A DNA stretch of 64,000 bases from a virus. The notes under the pieces were generated by a model. It was not told the origin of the DNA and searched no databases. It saw only the letters and a program-made list of their open reading frames with translations. Position numbers and translations under genes: made by a program. The stretch spans positions 32,001-96,000 of the IMG/VR virus record IMGVR_UViG_3300037424_002358; one strand, written 5' to 3'. Below, piece after piece: positions 53,495 to 63,102 of this stretch; position 1 is the stretch's first letter; each line of letters begins with the position of its first letter.

Positions 53495-55269
53495 CTGAAG
53501 ATCTCCAGGTTCGCCTTCACGAAGCCGCCCTCCTCGACGACGAGGTAGAACGACTTGAGTCGGCCAAGGTAGGTTGAAAACGTCCCTCCAGACCGGGAGA
53601 TTCCAGCCCGCTCACCGAGTTCGCCGCGGGCCATGCCCTTGGGATAGACAGCGATAAGGCTGGCCAGCATCGCCCGTTCACCCTGACGTAGCCGGTTGCG
53701 GCCACCGACCTCCCTCGACCACAACTCTGTCAGTTGCTCCGCGGACTGCGGGATGGAAACCCCGCGGTCCTCCATGTTAAGCGCATCGTGGGTCGCGTAG
53801 AGATAGCCGTCGGCCTCGCCGACGAGGCCCTTGGCCTTCAGGACGCCGAGGTATGTTGAGAATGTCCCGCCCTTGCGGGCGATGCCGGCGAGCATCCCGG
53901 TCTCGGCCCGGCTGAGTGACCGCGGGTGATAGCGCACGAGCGCCTGTAGCATCCGGCGCTCACCGTAACGCAACCCGCGCATATCGTTCGAGGGTTTGGG
54001 CCCGGTGACGCGTGGCACGCTCTTGCCCCCTTCCGATGGCGGTCGCCCCGACGGATCGACCTGCGCGGACTGAATCCCTTTCAACGCCCGGTCCATGCTC
54101 TGCTGCACATCGGATGCGGCGCGGGCGTAGGATTCGGCGCTTGTTGCTAGGTCCTCAGCCACAGACCGAAGGAGCGTCCCGTGCTCCTGGAGTTTGGCCG
54201 CGATATCCTGCGCCCTCTCCTGGCCCTCGTCCAACTTCGCCGCGACGTTGTCATCCAGGATCGGCACGGGCACGCGGACCTGCACCGCCGACGGCTTGGG
54301 CTTCTGAGCCTTGAGGTCGGCGACGAGGCGTTCCAGGTCAGCCACGCGCCGCTTCAACTCCTTCGGGTCCTCAGCCTTCGCCCGCTCGATCGTCTGCGAC
54401 ATCTTGACCTGGAATGCGGCCAGATCGACGTCGGCAAGCGTGGATGCCTTCCGCTGGCTCCTGGCCCCAACCTTGGGCGTCGCACCAGAGTCGAAGGTCC
54501 GCGGCATGTCAATCTGGACACGCTTCATGATCTTGAACGACTCGGGGGACCAGACCCACGCCTCGCCGTCGGCCAGTGAGGGCAGGGAGGCCAGTGCCTC
54601 CTTCTTTAGGTCGTGGAACTCGAACCAGTCCTCGATGACGTGGCGGGCTCGGGGTCCGGTGGTGCGCATGGCGATCATCGTCCCGGTCATCTCGAGGACA
54701 GCCTTGTTGAGGCCCTGCGTCCGGTTGGTAATCATGGTGCAGCCGAGTCCGTTGGCCCGGCCCCGGCGGATCACATCCTCGAAGGCCCGGAACAGCCTCG
54801 CCTTCTCGGCGTAGATGTTCTGCGGGATGTAGTCGTCGGCCTCTTCGAGGAAGAGATGCAGCGGCTCCTCGTTCCGTCGGTACAGCCGCTTGCAGAACTC
54901 CGTCAGAAAGTGGACCTTGTCGGCCTCGGTGGGGAATAGCCAGAGATCGAGGATGCACGACAGGCGCGAGTCGACGATGAGGTCGGCGACGAGCGCACCC
55001 GCGTCACGTTCGAGCGGGATGTCGCCGTGGCGCCCGCCCAGGATGGGAATGGGAATGCCAGGGGCTTTACCGTCCGCCGAGGAGCGGAGGCCGAACCACT
55101 TGCCTACGGGGTCGACGGCGACGAACGGTAGCCCGTTCGCATACATCTGCTCGGCCATCCGCCGGCCCGTCGCCGATTTCCCTGCCCCCCGCATGCCCAC
55201 GATGGCGAACGTGTCCGTCGCCGCATCGAGGGGGAGCGTCAGGCCGTCACCCAGACGCAACCCTTTCAT
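53491..55269 (-). CDS. HerA/DUF87-like ATPase with tandem C-terminal winged-HTH repeats
   Basis: GMRGAGKS, VDPVG, LFLEEAD, RRGR..GLG; two LRxGERxML...GGTFSTYL repeats. Confidence 0.85.
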   Translation of the reverse strand: MKGLRLGDGLTLPLDAATDTFAIVGMRGAGKSATGRRMAEQMYANGLPFVAVDPVGKWFGLRSSADGKAPGIPIPILGGRHGDIPLERDAGALVADLIVDSRLSCILDLWLFPTEADKVHFLTEFCKRLYRRNEEPLHLFLEEADDYIPQNIYAEKARLFRAFEDVIRRGRANGLGCTMITNRTQGLNKAVLEMTGTMIAMRTTGPRARHVIEDWFEFHDLKKEALASLPSLADGEAWVWSPESFKIMKRVQIDMPRTFDSGATPKVGARSQRKASTLADVDLAAFQVKMSQTIERAKAEDPKELKRRVADLERLVADLKAQKPKPSAVQVRVPVPILDDNVAAKLDEGQERAQDIAAKLQEHGTLLRSVAEDLATSAESYARAASDVQQSMDRALKGIQSAQVDPSGRPPSEGGKSVPRVTGPKPSNDMRGLRYGERRMLQALVRYHPRSLSRAETGMLAGIARKGGTFSTYLGVLKAKGLVGEADGYLYATHDALNMEDRGVSIPQSAEQLTELWSREVGGRNRLRQGERAMLASLIAVYPKGMARGELGERAGISRSGGTFSTYLGRLKSFYLVVEEGGFVKANLEIFR

Positions 55270-55478
55270 AGACCTCTCCTCTGTCAGGGGCGAAGCGTGC
55301 TTCGTCCCTATGCGTTTCGGTCGAACACTCGAAGACAGCGCAGGCAGTAGGCCGTGCGGTAGGTCTCATCGAACATGCGATGCCCGACGAGCCAACACGC
55401 CAAGCGTCGTAGCCATCGTCCCCGCGCCCGCTGCGTCCCCCATGCGTCCGTTGCTTTGTATGCCACCCTATCTCCTCC

Positions 55479-55856
55479 CTACTCGATCAAACCTTCCAGG
55501 TCCTTCCGGCGCTGCCAGTCAACGATCCCACCGCCCTCGCGGGACCAGACCTCCAGGACGGCCAGGTCCTCGCAGTTCATGGTATCACCGCCCCTGTCGC
55601 AGTTGTGGCGGGGCGGGTCGCCATAGTGCAACTTCTTGGGATTGCCCATCGTGTGGAAGAAGCCGTCGTCGTGCATCTCTACGTCGAACTTCATCTGGCA
55701 GGACTGGCATTGGATGCGTAGCAGAACCACGATGTGCGCGTAAATGTTCGGGCAGTGCGCCGGCTCGAAGGGGCCGTAGCGGGGCGTGCCGTTCTGGTCG
55801 TACCAGGCCGGTTCCTCGACGATCCGCCCGGTGATGTCCTCATACTGCGCGTTCAT
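55479..55856 (-). CDS. Hypothetical phage protein
   Basis: EPAWYDQNGTPRY, CQSC, YGDPPRH. Confidence 0.65.
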   Translation of the reverse strand: MNAQYEDITGRIVEEPAWYDQNGTPRYGPFEPAHCPNIYAHIVVLLRIQCQSCQMKFDVEMHDDGFFHTMGNPKKLHYGDPPRHNCDRGGDTMNCEDLAVLEVWSREGGGIVDWQRRKDLEGLIE

Positions 55857-56560
55857 TCGCTCGCCTCCGGTGCCGCCCGCTTTCGCCCGAGAGCGCGCCC
55901 CTGATAATGGCGAACGAAGGAGGACAACTTGCGGTCCAACTCGTTGTACTGCGAGTGGAGCACCTCGTACGCGCGCCAGGGTGGCGATGACACGCGGCAC
56001 GCTTGCCGGACCATCGCCCACAACTCCTCAGGCGGCTTTCCGTGCGGGTCGAAGACAACTCCGGCGGCAGCATGGCGGCGCAAATCGCTCTCCATGTCGT
56101 CGTAGCGGGCGTGGAGCGCGGTCATTGCCTCGGTAGCCCTTTGGGACTGGAAGCAGGCCTCCGTCACAGCGGCCCACAATTCCTCGGAGCGGTCCGGGAC
56201 CTCGCCGCTCAGGCTGTTCAGGGCGGGGTTTTGGGCCTGCCCCTCCGTATTGATGATCCGGTCGATCTCGGCCGCAATGAGCGCGCCCGCACGTTCCAGG
56301 TTACGAATCGGAGACTTGGGCTTCCACCACTTGTCGTGCCACGGCCAGAAAGAAGCCTTGGTCACCGCGAAGTCATCTAGGTCGAACGACCCGGCTCCAC
56401 CGCGCAGGCCAAGCAAGGCATGGAGCGCATAGACCACCGCCGCGCTCACAAGCGTGCCTGCTTTGTAGGCCATGTCATGCGCAGGGTGGAAGCCCTCTTC
56501 TCCGATTTGTCGTCTCCGCTCAACGGCAATCCTGTCGGCTCCCGCATTGCTCGTCATCAT
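55853..56560 (-). CDS. Conserved phage hypothetical protein
   Basis: ERRRQI.EEG...HD...WPW...WWKP...LERAGALIAAEIDR. Confidence 0.75.
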   Translation of the reverse strand: MMTSNAGADRIAVERRRQIGEEGFHPAHDMAYKAGTLVSAAVVYALHALLGLRGGAGSFDLDDFAVTKASFWPWHDKWWKPKSPIRNLERAGALIAAEIDRIINTEGQAQNPALNSLSGEVPDRSEELWAAVTEACFQSQRATEAMTALHARYDDMESDLRRHAAAGVVFDPHGKPPEELWAMVRQACRVSSPPWRAYEVLHSQYNELDRKLSSFVRHYQGRALGRKRAAPEASE

Positions 56561-58521
56561 GATCTCCTCTCCTTGTCTGCCGCGTGCACCGCCATAAGTC
56601 TGCGCCCGATCCATTCCGCCACCGGGACCGTGACAGCGTTCCCCAACATCCTATACCGCGCGGAATCGCTGATCTTCTTGCCGTCGGCGCCGTGCGCGGT
56701 CCAGTCGTCCGGGAAGCCTTGTAGCCGCTCACATTCCCGAGGCGTCAGCCGCCGGACGAAGCCTGTCGTCCGGCGCTGCGTGACCTCCGACGCCTGACTC
56801 GGGCCGCCTTCGAGCACGGCGGGGTAACCCTGCCCTGGCTTGCCTCCGCCGGCTGTCATCTGGCGCAGGTAGGGCGTGAGGCGCAGTTCGTGCCGCTGGT
56901 TCTCGCTGACGCCCTGCGGTTCCTCCGGCAGTTCGACGACGCCGGCGACCTGGTTCGACAGTCGGGCGTCGGAGGCTTGTAGCGTCGGGGCCGTCTCATC
57001 GTCCACATCAGCCGACCGACCGTCCACATGGAAGGCGGCGACTGTCCGGCTGCTCGACCTCAGGGGCGGCGGCGTTTCGGTGATCTTGGCGCCATCAGTC
57101 TCACCCATGCGATCCGAGAACGCGCCGATCACGAGGTTCTGGTCGTCCTCGCCGCCGCGTCCGGGGATGCCGACGCCCTCAGAATGCTGGCGCGATCTCA
57201 GCGTGCTCGCCTGCTCATCCGCTGGCTGGACCACGAAGGTGTCCTGGTTCTCGCGCCCTGAGCCGAACTTTGAGCCTACGCCCTGGACAGCGTAGGCGGG
57301 GTCGGGCACGGCGATGATGTGACCAGCGTCGACGCCTTGGTTCGTATGGAAATTCCCGGCGTCGTGGCTCTTCGGCCCCGCGTTGGGGGCGATGGGTCCA
57401 ACGACCTCGGGTGCCACGGCCAGAAGCGGCGCGCCGTCACCCTTGCCGCTCCTGCCAGACTCGGCCTTCAGGGGCGGGACAACTTCGTCGGGCTGCCCGC
57501 GGTCATTCCGGGCGATGCGCGCCTCGAAGACGACGGGCGTGTAGTCGGTGACCCGGTTCATGTGGTCGCCCACGAGCGCCGCGGCCTCACCGTCCCCGAT
57601 GCCGCGTGCGTCGACGACGAATGTTCCCCGGTCGGTCCCGCTCGGCTTGCCGTGTGTGGTGCCTCCAGTCTCGCCGCCCCGAAGCGTGCCAGCCACGCCC
57701 GCGTGCGACTGCGAGTTCAGGGCGAAGGACACGCCGTCCTCGTCGGCGTTCGGATCGCCCTGACCGTTGTCGAAGGCGACGACGGACTCCGGCGGAGCCG
57801 CGGTTGTTTCAACGATAAGCGGCGCGCCCTTGTTCGCGCCAGGATCGTCGCCGCCACCGACGCGGGCAAGGGCGCGAGACACATCGGGCACTACGCCTTC
57901 TCCGCGTGGCGCACCACCGCTTCCAGGGCCGTCAGCAGCGCCGGGGGAAGCGCTCGGCCGCGCTTGGCGGCTCGGCGGAGAATCCCCGCGCAGGCTTTCG
58001 GACTCAAGTAGTACCTCGACGCAACCGTAGTCTCCAAGACTTCCGACAATGAAGACGCGGTCGCGCCTTTGGGGAACTCCGAAGTATTGAGAGTCCAGAA
58101 TCCGCCAGGCAGCGTGATACCCGAGTTCTTCCAGCCCTCGAAGGACGACGGTAAAGTCCCCGCCTTCATTAGAGGAGTGCAGGCCGGGGACGTTTTCGAT
58201 AAGACACCAGCGCGGCCTAACAACTTCAAGAACTCGATGGAACTCGAACCAAAGTCCAGACCGCTCTCCAGCAAGGCCCTCACGTCTTCCGGCGACAGAG
58301 AGGTCCTGGCATGGGAACCCACCGCAAACAAGGTCAACTGGTCCAACGGCATCTCCTTGCAATGTCCGCACGTCCCCATGAATCGGCACGTCGGGCCAGC
58401 GCGCCTTCAGCACGTCCTGGCAGGCGGGGTCTATTTCGACGTGCATCATCGGCTGCATGCCCGCCCGGTCGAGGCCGAGATCGAAGCCGCCGATCCCGGA
58501 GAAGAGGGACAGGTACCTCAC
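56557..58521 (-). CDS. dcm: DNA (cytosine-5) methyltransferase with a long variable region
   Basis: LFSGIGG, GFPCQD, IENV, QRRDRVF, RRLTPRECERLQGFPD, LGNAV. Confidence 0.95.
   Translation of the reverse strand: MRYLSLFSGIGGFDLGLDRAGMQPMMHVEIDPACQDVLKARWPDVPIHGDVRTLQGDAVGPVDLVCGGFPCQDLSVAGRREGLAGERSGLWFEFHRVLEVVRPRWCLIENVPGLHSSNEGGDFTVVLRGLEELGYHAAWRILDSQYFGVPQRRDRVFIVGSLGDYGCVEVLLESESLRGDSPPSRQARPSASPGAADGPGSGGAPRGEGVVPDVSRALARVGGGDDPGANKGAPLIVETTAAPPESVVAFDNGQGDPNADEDGVSFALNSQSHAGVAGTLRGGETGGTTHGKPSGTDRGTFVVDARGIGDGEAAALVGDHMNRVTDYTPVVFEARIARNDRGQPDEVVPPLKAESGRSGKGDGAPLLAVAPEVVGPIAPNAGPKSHDAGNFHTNQGVDAGHIIAVPDPAYAVQGVGSKFGSGRENQDTFVVQPADEQASTLRSRQHSEGVGIPGRGGEDDQNLVIGAFSDRMGETDGAKITETPPPLRSSSRTVAAFHVDGRSADVDDETAPTLQASDARLSNQVAGVVELPEEPQGVSENQRHELRLTPYLRQMTAGGGKPGQGYPAVLEGGPSQASEVTQRRTTGFVRRLTPRECERLQGFPDDWTAHGADGKKISDSARYRMLGNAVTVPVAEWIGRRLMAVHAADKERRS
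57891..58379 (-). CDS. Overprinted alternative-frame ORF inside dcm (M.EcoHK31I beta-polypeptide-like)
   Basis: SLSEVLE...RYYLSPKACAGILRRAAKRGRALP; same strand as dcm, different frame. Confidence 0.6.
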   Translation of the reverse strand: MGTCGHCKEMPLDQLTLFAVGSHARTSLSPEDVRALLESGLDFGSSSIEFLKLLGRAGVLSKTSPACTPLMKAGTLPSSFEGWKNSGITLPGGFWTLNTSEFPKGATASSLSEVLETTVASRYYLSPKACAGILRRAAKRGRALPPALLTALEAVVRHAEKA

Positions 58522-59048
58522 ACCCCCGCCTCGTCCAGCGCTTTGCGCAGGGCCTCCGCTTCGTCGGCGAAGAAGGGTCCCGTATACGGCAGGCCGTGGA
58601 TGTGCGCCATCGTCCAGACTTGCTTCCAGCGCGCATCGCTCTCGACCTCTTGGAGTCGATCCACGAACGCCCGCGCCGCTTCGGTGACGGGCAGGACCTT
58701 CCTGCGGATCTCCAGGAGCACGTCACCGAGGGTCACGGCGGGGAGCAATGTCCCCTCGTCCGCCGGCTGATACGTCATAGCGAAGATGTCGGGCTTGCAA
58801 GGATACAACTCCCCCTTCACGCCCCTGATGATCCAGTCGCCGGAGGTGACGACGAACCATCCTTCACTCGTGTAGATCGCCGGCGCTCGATGGTAGCCGA
58901 TGATGCCATCGTGAGAACCGGCGTCGCCCGAAGCGAGAATAGAGCCGCCTTCGTCAGCCTGAAATACCTCACGGACTTCTGGATGGTCGCCCATCTTGAA
59001 CCATTGGACGGCCTCAATGACGACCGGGCGCTTACGGAATTGCGGCAT
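58518..59048 (-). CDS. Conserved phage hypothetical protein
   Basis: FRKRPVVIEAVQW...GDWIIRGVKGELYPCKPDIF. Confidence 0.8.
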   Translation of the reverse strand: MPQFRKRPVVIEAVQWFKMGDHPEVREVFQADEGGSILASGDAGSHDGIIGYHRAPAIYTSEGWFVVTSGDWIIRGVKGELYPCKPDIFAMTYQPADEGTLLPAVTLGDVLLEIRRKVLPVTEAARAFVDRLQEVESDARWKQVWTMAHIHGLPYTGPFFADEAEALRKALDEAGV

Positions 59049-59054
59049 TTTGCC

Positions 59055-60080
59055 CTACTCCTTGTGCTCCGCGATCTCGTGATCCACCATCCGCCGGACC
59101 ATCTCGTCGAAGCCGACGGTCGGGCGCCAGCCCAACACCCGTTCCGCCTTCTTAGCCGAACCGACCAGCCGATGGATTTCTACGGGGCGCACGAGCGACG
59201 AGTCCTGGCGCACGTGCGGCAGCCAGTCCGTGATGCCGACGTGGTTGAAGGCCCGCTGGACTAAGTCGCCGACCGAATGACTCTCGCCGGTGGCGATGAC
59301 AAAGTCGTCCGGCCTGTCCTGTTGGAGCATCATCCACATGGCCTCAACGTAGTCGGGGGCGTAGCCCCAATCCCGCCGGGGATCGAGGTGGCCGAGCGTG
59401 ATCGTATCAGCATGGCCGAGGACGATCATGGCGACGCCTCGTGCCACCTTGCGGCTCAGGAAGCGCGGACTTCGCCGCTCAGACTCGTGGTTGAAGCAGA
59501 TGCCCGTCGCGACGAACATGCCGTGAGACAGGCGATAGATGCTGGCAAGGTTGTGAGCCGCGACCTTCGACGCGCCGTAGGGGGAGGCAGGGCGCATCGG
59601 GGTTGCCTCATCCTGCGGGGCGGCCACGTTGCCGTACATCTCCGAGGAGGAGGCCTGGTAGATGCGCGCCGGTAGGTTCAACTGTCGCACGGCCTCGAGG
59701 ACGTTCAGGAACCCGTGCACGTTCGTCCGCCATACGGACTCGACCTGGTCCCACGACGAGCCGACGTGCGAGATGGCCGCTAGGTTGTAGATTTCGGGGG
59801 GCCACTCCTCGGCGAGCAAGGCCCGGACGGCCGCCGCGTCCGTGACATCGCAGTTCACGACCTTCAAGCCCTCCATGACGGCGTCGGTCAGGTTCTCGTG
59901 CAGAACGCCGTCGGCGTGCGGCCGCGTCGCACCGACCACCCGGTAGCCCTTCCTAATGAGAAACTCGGCCAGCCAGGACCCGTCCTGCCCGGCCACGCCG
60001 AGGATCAGCGCCCGACGGCCAGCCCCGGAGGCTACCGGGACCACGGCCTCATCCGGCATCGGAAGCAAAGCGGTCATCAT
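59055..60080 (-). CDS. gmd: GDP-mannose 4,6-dehydratase
   Basis: GVAGQDGSWL, NLAAISHV, QASSSEMYG, SPYGASK, FNHES, RDWGYAPDYV. Confidence 0.93.
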   Translation of the reverse strand: MMTALLPMPDEAVVPVASGAGRRALILGVAGQDGSWLAEFLIRKGYRVVGATRPHADGVLHENLTDAVMEGLKVVNCDVTDAAAVRALLAEEWPPEIYNLAAISHVGSSWDQVESVWRTNVHGFLNVLEAVRQLNLPARIYQASSSEMYGNVAAPQDEATPMRPASPYGASKVAAHNLASIYRLSHGMFVATGICFNHESERRSPRFLSRKVARGVAMIVLGHADTITLGHLDPRRDWGYAPDYVEAMWMMLQQDRPDDFVIATGESHSVGDLVQRAFNHVGITDWLPHVRQDSSLVRPVEIHRLVGSAKKAERVLGWRPTVGFDEMVRRMVDHEIAEHKE

Positions 60081-60154
60081 GGGTTGGGCTTCTCCGTGGA
60101 GGAGCGCGGTCGCGCCGCTCAGCCCCTCGACCGGGCCAGCGCGGGAGTCGGTAC

Positions 60155-60184
60155 TAGGCTATCACGTTTCGCCGTGGCGGGCAA
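60155..60184 (-). promoter_or_regulatory. Leftward promoter for the long minus-strand transcript
   Basis: TTGCCC-17 nt-TAGCCT with an extended -10 TG. Confidence 0.5.
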
Positions 60185-60235
60185 GGGCCAGACGCGAGTA
60201 AGGGGGGGTTTCTGGCTATAAGACCCTCCGTTTTC

Positions 60236-60263
60236 TTGACGCCGGTACCGCGAGCGGTATAAT
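60236..60263 (+). promoter_or_regulatory. Sigma70-type promoter with a palindromic operator
   Basis: TTGACG-16 nt-TATAAT; TACCGCGAGCGGTA at 60246-60259. Confidence 0.85.
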
Positions 60264-60270
60264 GGCGAAC

Positions 60271-60678
60271 ATGTACTGGCCCTCGTTCCTTCTTTTCACC
60301 GGCCTGTCCTTTCTCGTCGGCATCGCCGCCGACTACGTGCCCCGTCGGGCCTCCGTCGGCTTCCTGATCCTCCTGTTCATCCCGGCCTCGACTGCGGACC
60401 TCGTGACCTCTCTGGCATGGAGCAACCTGATGGGGCTGTCGTTCGCCGAGTACGAGTCCAACCAGGTTGCTGTAGCCCTCGGCCCGAGCATCCTATTCCT
60501 CCTCACCGTAGGGGGATGTGGCCTCAACTGGTACATGCACCACGCGGCGCGACCCCTTCCAGCGGCGGTTCAGCGGTTGGAACGTGTGTTCTGGACGTCG
60601 ATGTCGGCCCGCTCCGCTCTCCTGTGCGTCTGGAACGCCTACGTCGGCCTATGGAAACTCGGCATTATGTCGCCTTGA
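60271..60678 (+). CDS. Membrane protein (about 4 TM), probably leaderless
   Basis: Hydrophobic; ATG lies 7 nt after the -10 box. Confidence 0.65.
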   Translation: MYWPSFLLFTGLSFLVGIAADYVPRRASVGFLILLFIPASTADLVTSLAWSNLMGLSFAEYESNQVAVALGPSILFLLTVGGCGLNWYMHHAARPLPAAVQRLERVFWTSMSARSALLCVWNAYVGLWKLGIMSP

Positions 60679-60703
60679 CACCTGATACCGCCTGCGGTAC
60701 AAT
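60675..60703 (+). promoter_or_regulatory. Sigma70-type promoter with a palindromic operator
   Basis: TTGACA-17 nt-TACAAT; TACCGCCTGCGGTA at 60686-60699. Confidence 0.9.
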
Positions 60704-60772
60704 GGTGGCTGGAAGGAATGCCAGTAACGTCTCTAGGACGCCTTCGGTCCCAAGGAAAGCCAGGAGGAGAAC

Positions 60773-61252
60773 ATGGACAAGCACAGTTTCGAGTTGCGGT
60801 CCTACAAGCCCTTCCACTCGCCCGACGGCGGCGGCTTCAACGCCACCCTGTTCGTCGACGGCAAGCGCGCCGCCGCCGTGTTCGACGGCGGGTTCGGCGG
60901 TGGCCCGATCCTCAACTTCTTCGACACTTCGCCAGACCTGAACGCCCTGTGCAGACAGGCAGACGCGGCCATCTTCGAGCGAGCCCATGCGGGCGAGGAC
61001 AATATCCTCCCCGATGAATGGCTCGTGGGGGAACTCGTCGAGCGCGCCGAGATCGTCCGCAACGCGAAGCGCGGGATCGTCATCAAGACCTCGGGCGAGT
61101 TTGGTTGCCTCGTCACCCTGCGGCCTCACAAGCCCACCACCCTCGCCGACCTGCAATCGGACAAAATCTGGCGGGCGAAGGCCGAGGCCGAGCACGGCGG
61201 CAAGATCGTCGACCCCGCCGACTACAGCGGCCCCCTCGTGCTGGTGCTCTGA
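60773..61252 (+). CDS. Hypothetical phage protein
   Basis: AGGAGG RBS; FNATLFVDGK...DGGFGG. Confidence 0.75.
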   Translation: MDKHSFELRSYKPFHSPDGGGFNATLFVDGKRAAAVFDGGFGGGPILNFFDTSPDLNALCRQADAAIFERAHAGEDNILPDEWLVGELVERAEIVRNAKRGIVIKTSGEFGCLVTLRPHKPTTLADLQSDKIWRAKAEAEHGGKIVDPADYSGPLVLVL

Positions 61253-61908
61253 TGCACACAGCCGAGGCTATCGCCGAATTCCTGATCGCTGAGGGCGTCC
61301 CCGTCCGCGGCTTTCACGAGGGCGACGACATGCTGGACGGCGAGGTGACGATAAGCGAGGCCGTCCACGTGCAGGTGTCGAGCGACAGCGACGACCTCCC
61401 CATCGTCGGGCGCGAGGCCCCCGACGGCGTCTTCCACTACAGGCGGACGGCCTCGCTGGCGGACCTACCCGACAATATCCTCTTCGCCGAGGCGGAGGCC
61501 ATCCGGCTCCTGGTCGCCCTAGCGGGGTTCATCCAGACCGACACGGGCGGCGGATGCACCGCCTTCATGCACGAGAAGGGCAACGGCCTGCGCTACTCGC
61601 TCCTGACGGACGGTGGAGACCCCATCTACCCCCGCTGGCTGGACAAGCCTGTGCTCGTCGGCTGGTACACGACCGACGGCTACGACATCGGCACTATCGA
61701 ATGCCCCAACGTCAAGGAGGGCATCAAGGCGGCTCTCCTGGACATCCGGGATACCTCAGCCATCCCAACAGCGGAGCAACTCGCCTGCCCACACCCCGCG
61801 GAAGCGCAGGCGGAGGAAGGTCGTGGCAATCGCAGCCTTGTGGCTGGCGAGGTCGACGACGATCTGCGCGAGGTCGCCGTGTGCAAGGCTTGTGGGTGGG
61901 AGCGCTGA
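61252..61908 (+). CDS. Hypothetical protein
   Basis: TGATG coupling; TGGGCTA motif; C-terminal CPH...CKAC. Confidence 0.65.
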   Translation: MHTAEAIAEFLIAEGVPVRGFHEGDDMLDGEVTISEAVHVQVSSDSDDLPIVGREAPDGVFHYRRTASLADLPDNILFAEAEAIRLLVALAGFIQTDTGGGCTAFMHEKGNGLRYSLLTDGGDPIYPRWLDKPVLVGWYTTDGYDIGTIECPNVKEGIKAALLDIRDTSAIPTAEQLACPHPAEAQAEEGRGNRSLVAGEVDDDLREVAVCKACGWER

Positions 61909-61946
61909 GCGCCGCCGACCGATCTACTTTCCATAGGAGACTGACG

Positions 61947-62669
61947 ATGAAACGCATCGCGCTTGCCGTGCTGGCTCTACTGCTTGCTGGCTGTGTGGCA
62001 TCGGGTCCGAACTCGGTGCCGAAGATGATTGAGAAGGCAACAGAGGTTGGGACTGCCCTACCCGCTACGGTAACGCCGAATGTCGTGGTCGAAGTCATCG
62101 ACGGCGATACCGTCATTCTGGCTGATGGGACACACGTACGACTGCTTGGTATGGATGCTCCAGAGAGCGACGCCTGTGGTGGTCAGGAGGCCAGCGACCA
62201 ACTGGCGTCTCTCATGCCGCTGACGGCCAATCTCAACGGCGAGGTCGACAAGTACGACCGCTCGCTCGCGTATCTGGAAACACCGGATGGTCGGGATGCT
62301 GGCTACTTCATGATCCTGACTGGCTACGCCATCGCTCGCTACGACAGCCGAGATGGATATGGCGCTCATCCCAATGAGCATCTCTACATCGAGGCTCAGA
62401 ACCTAGCCGCGGACCATCCAGAAGAAGGTGTGTGGGGGCTGTGCGGTAGCATCGCTACCGTCACTCTCTACCCAACCCCAACTCCTAGAGCGACACAAGT
62501 GGTCATTCCACCGACACGAGTGACCCTTCCACCTACAGCGGCACCGTCCAACGTCTACTACGCCAACTGTTCTGCTGTTCGGGACGCCGGTGCCGCTCCA
62601 CTCTATCAGGGGCAACCCGGCTATCGCAGTGGTCTTGATCGAGACCACGACGGCATCGCTTGCGAGTAG
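61947..62669 (+). CDS. Thermonuclease (SNase) lipoprotein with a C-terminal Excalibur Ca-binding domain
   Basis: Lipobox LAGC; VIDGDT, VRLLGMDAPE, DKYDRSLAY; YANCSAVR..G..P...G.PGYR..LDRDHDGIACE. Confidence 0.9.
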   Translation: MKRIALAVLALLLAGCVASGPNSVPKMIEKATEVGTALPATVTPNVVVEVIDGDTVILADGTHVRLLGMDAPESDACGGQEASDQLASLMPLTANLNGEVDKYDRSLAYLETPDGRDAGYFMILTGYAIARYDSRDGYGAHPNEHLYIEAQNLAADHPEEGVWGLCGSIATVTLYPTPTPRATQVVIPPTRVTLPPTAAPSNVYYANCSAVRDAGAAPLYQGQPGYRSGLDRDHDGIACE

Positions 62670-62673
62670 CGAA

Positions 62674-63102
62674 ATGAAGACGCTCATTGACTACGTCATG
62701 TCCAAGAGCATCCGCGGCGACTGCACGTGCGGCACCTGCTTCGACGCCGCGGAGAAGCCCGCGCAGCCCTCGGGCCACACCGCCAACTTGACCTTCTTCA
62801 AGGTCGCCGCGAAGCCTGAGGCCAGCGCGGACGCCCTGCGCGCGCTGGTCCAGGAGGCTATGCCGAATCTGCTCAATGGCCGTGAGCACTCCTACCTCGA
62901 GATCGGCGTCGAGATCGGTCAGGATGCGGCCCTGCGCCTCATTGGCCTCGGCGGCGTGCTTCGGCTGTGGGACGTTCTTTCGCCCGACACCCTCATGCCG
63001 TTCCTGACCCACGAACAGAAGGTTGCGATTGCTCAGCGCGGACTCGTGGCGCTCCTGGCTGTCCATGCGCAGGAGGATGTCGTCCATGGCGACGACGCTT
63101 GA
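62674..63102 (+). CDS. Hypothetical phage protein
   Basis: RGDCTCGTC...SYLEIG.EIG.QDAAL. Confidence 0.65.
   Translation: MKTLIDYVMSKSIRGDCTCGTCFDAAEKPAQPSGHTANLTFFKVAAKPEASADALRALVQEAMPNLLNGREHSYLEIGVEIGQDAALRLIGLGGVLRLWDVLSPDTLMPFLTHEQKVAIAQRGLVALLAVHAQEDVVHGDDA

Noticed and set aside
218-59845. Many long plus-strand ORFs (for example 8799-9851, 19974-20912, 46875-47990, 54890-55834)
   Set aside because: These are antisense shadows of real minus-strand genes in GC-rich DNA. They are Arg/Ala/Pro-rich and have no motifs.
3974-61554. Longest-ORF starts given for several genes (for example 4645, 7940, 11780, 12424, 27493, 28763, 48650, 61018, 61554)
   Set aside because: They overlap upstream genes. 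Downstream starts with an RBS or stop/start coupling were used instead.
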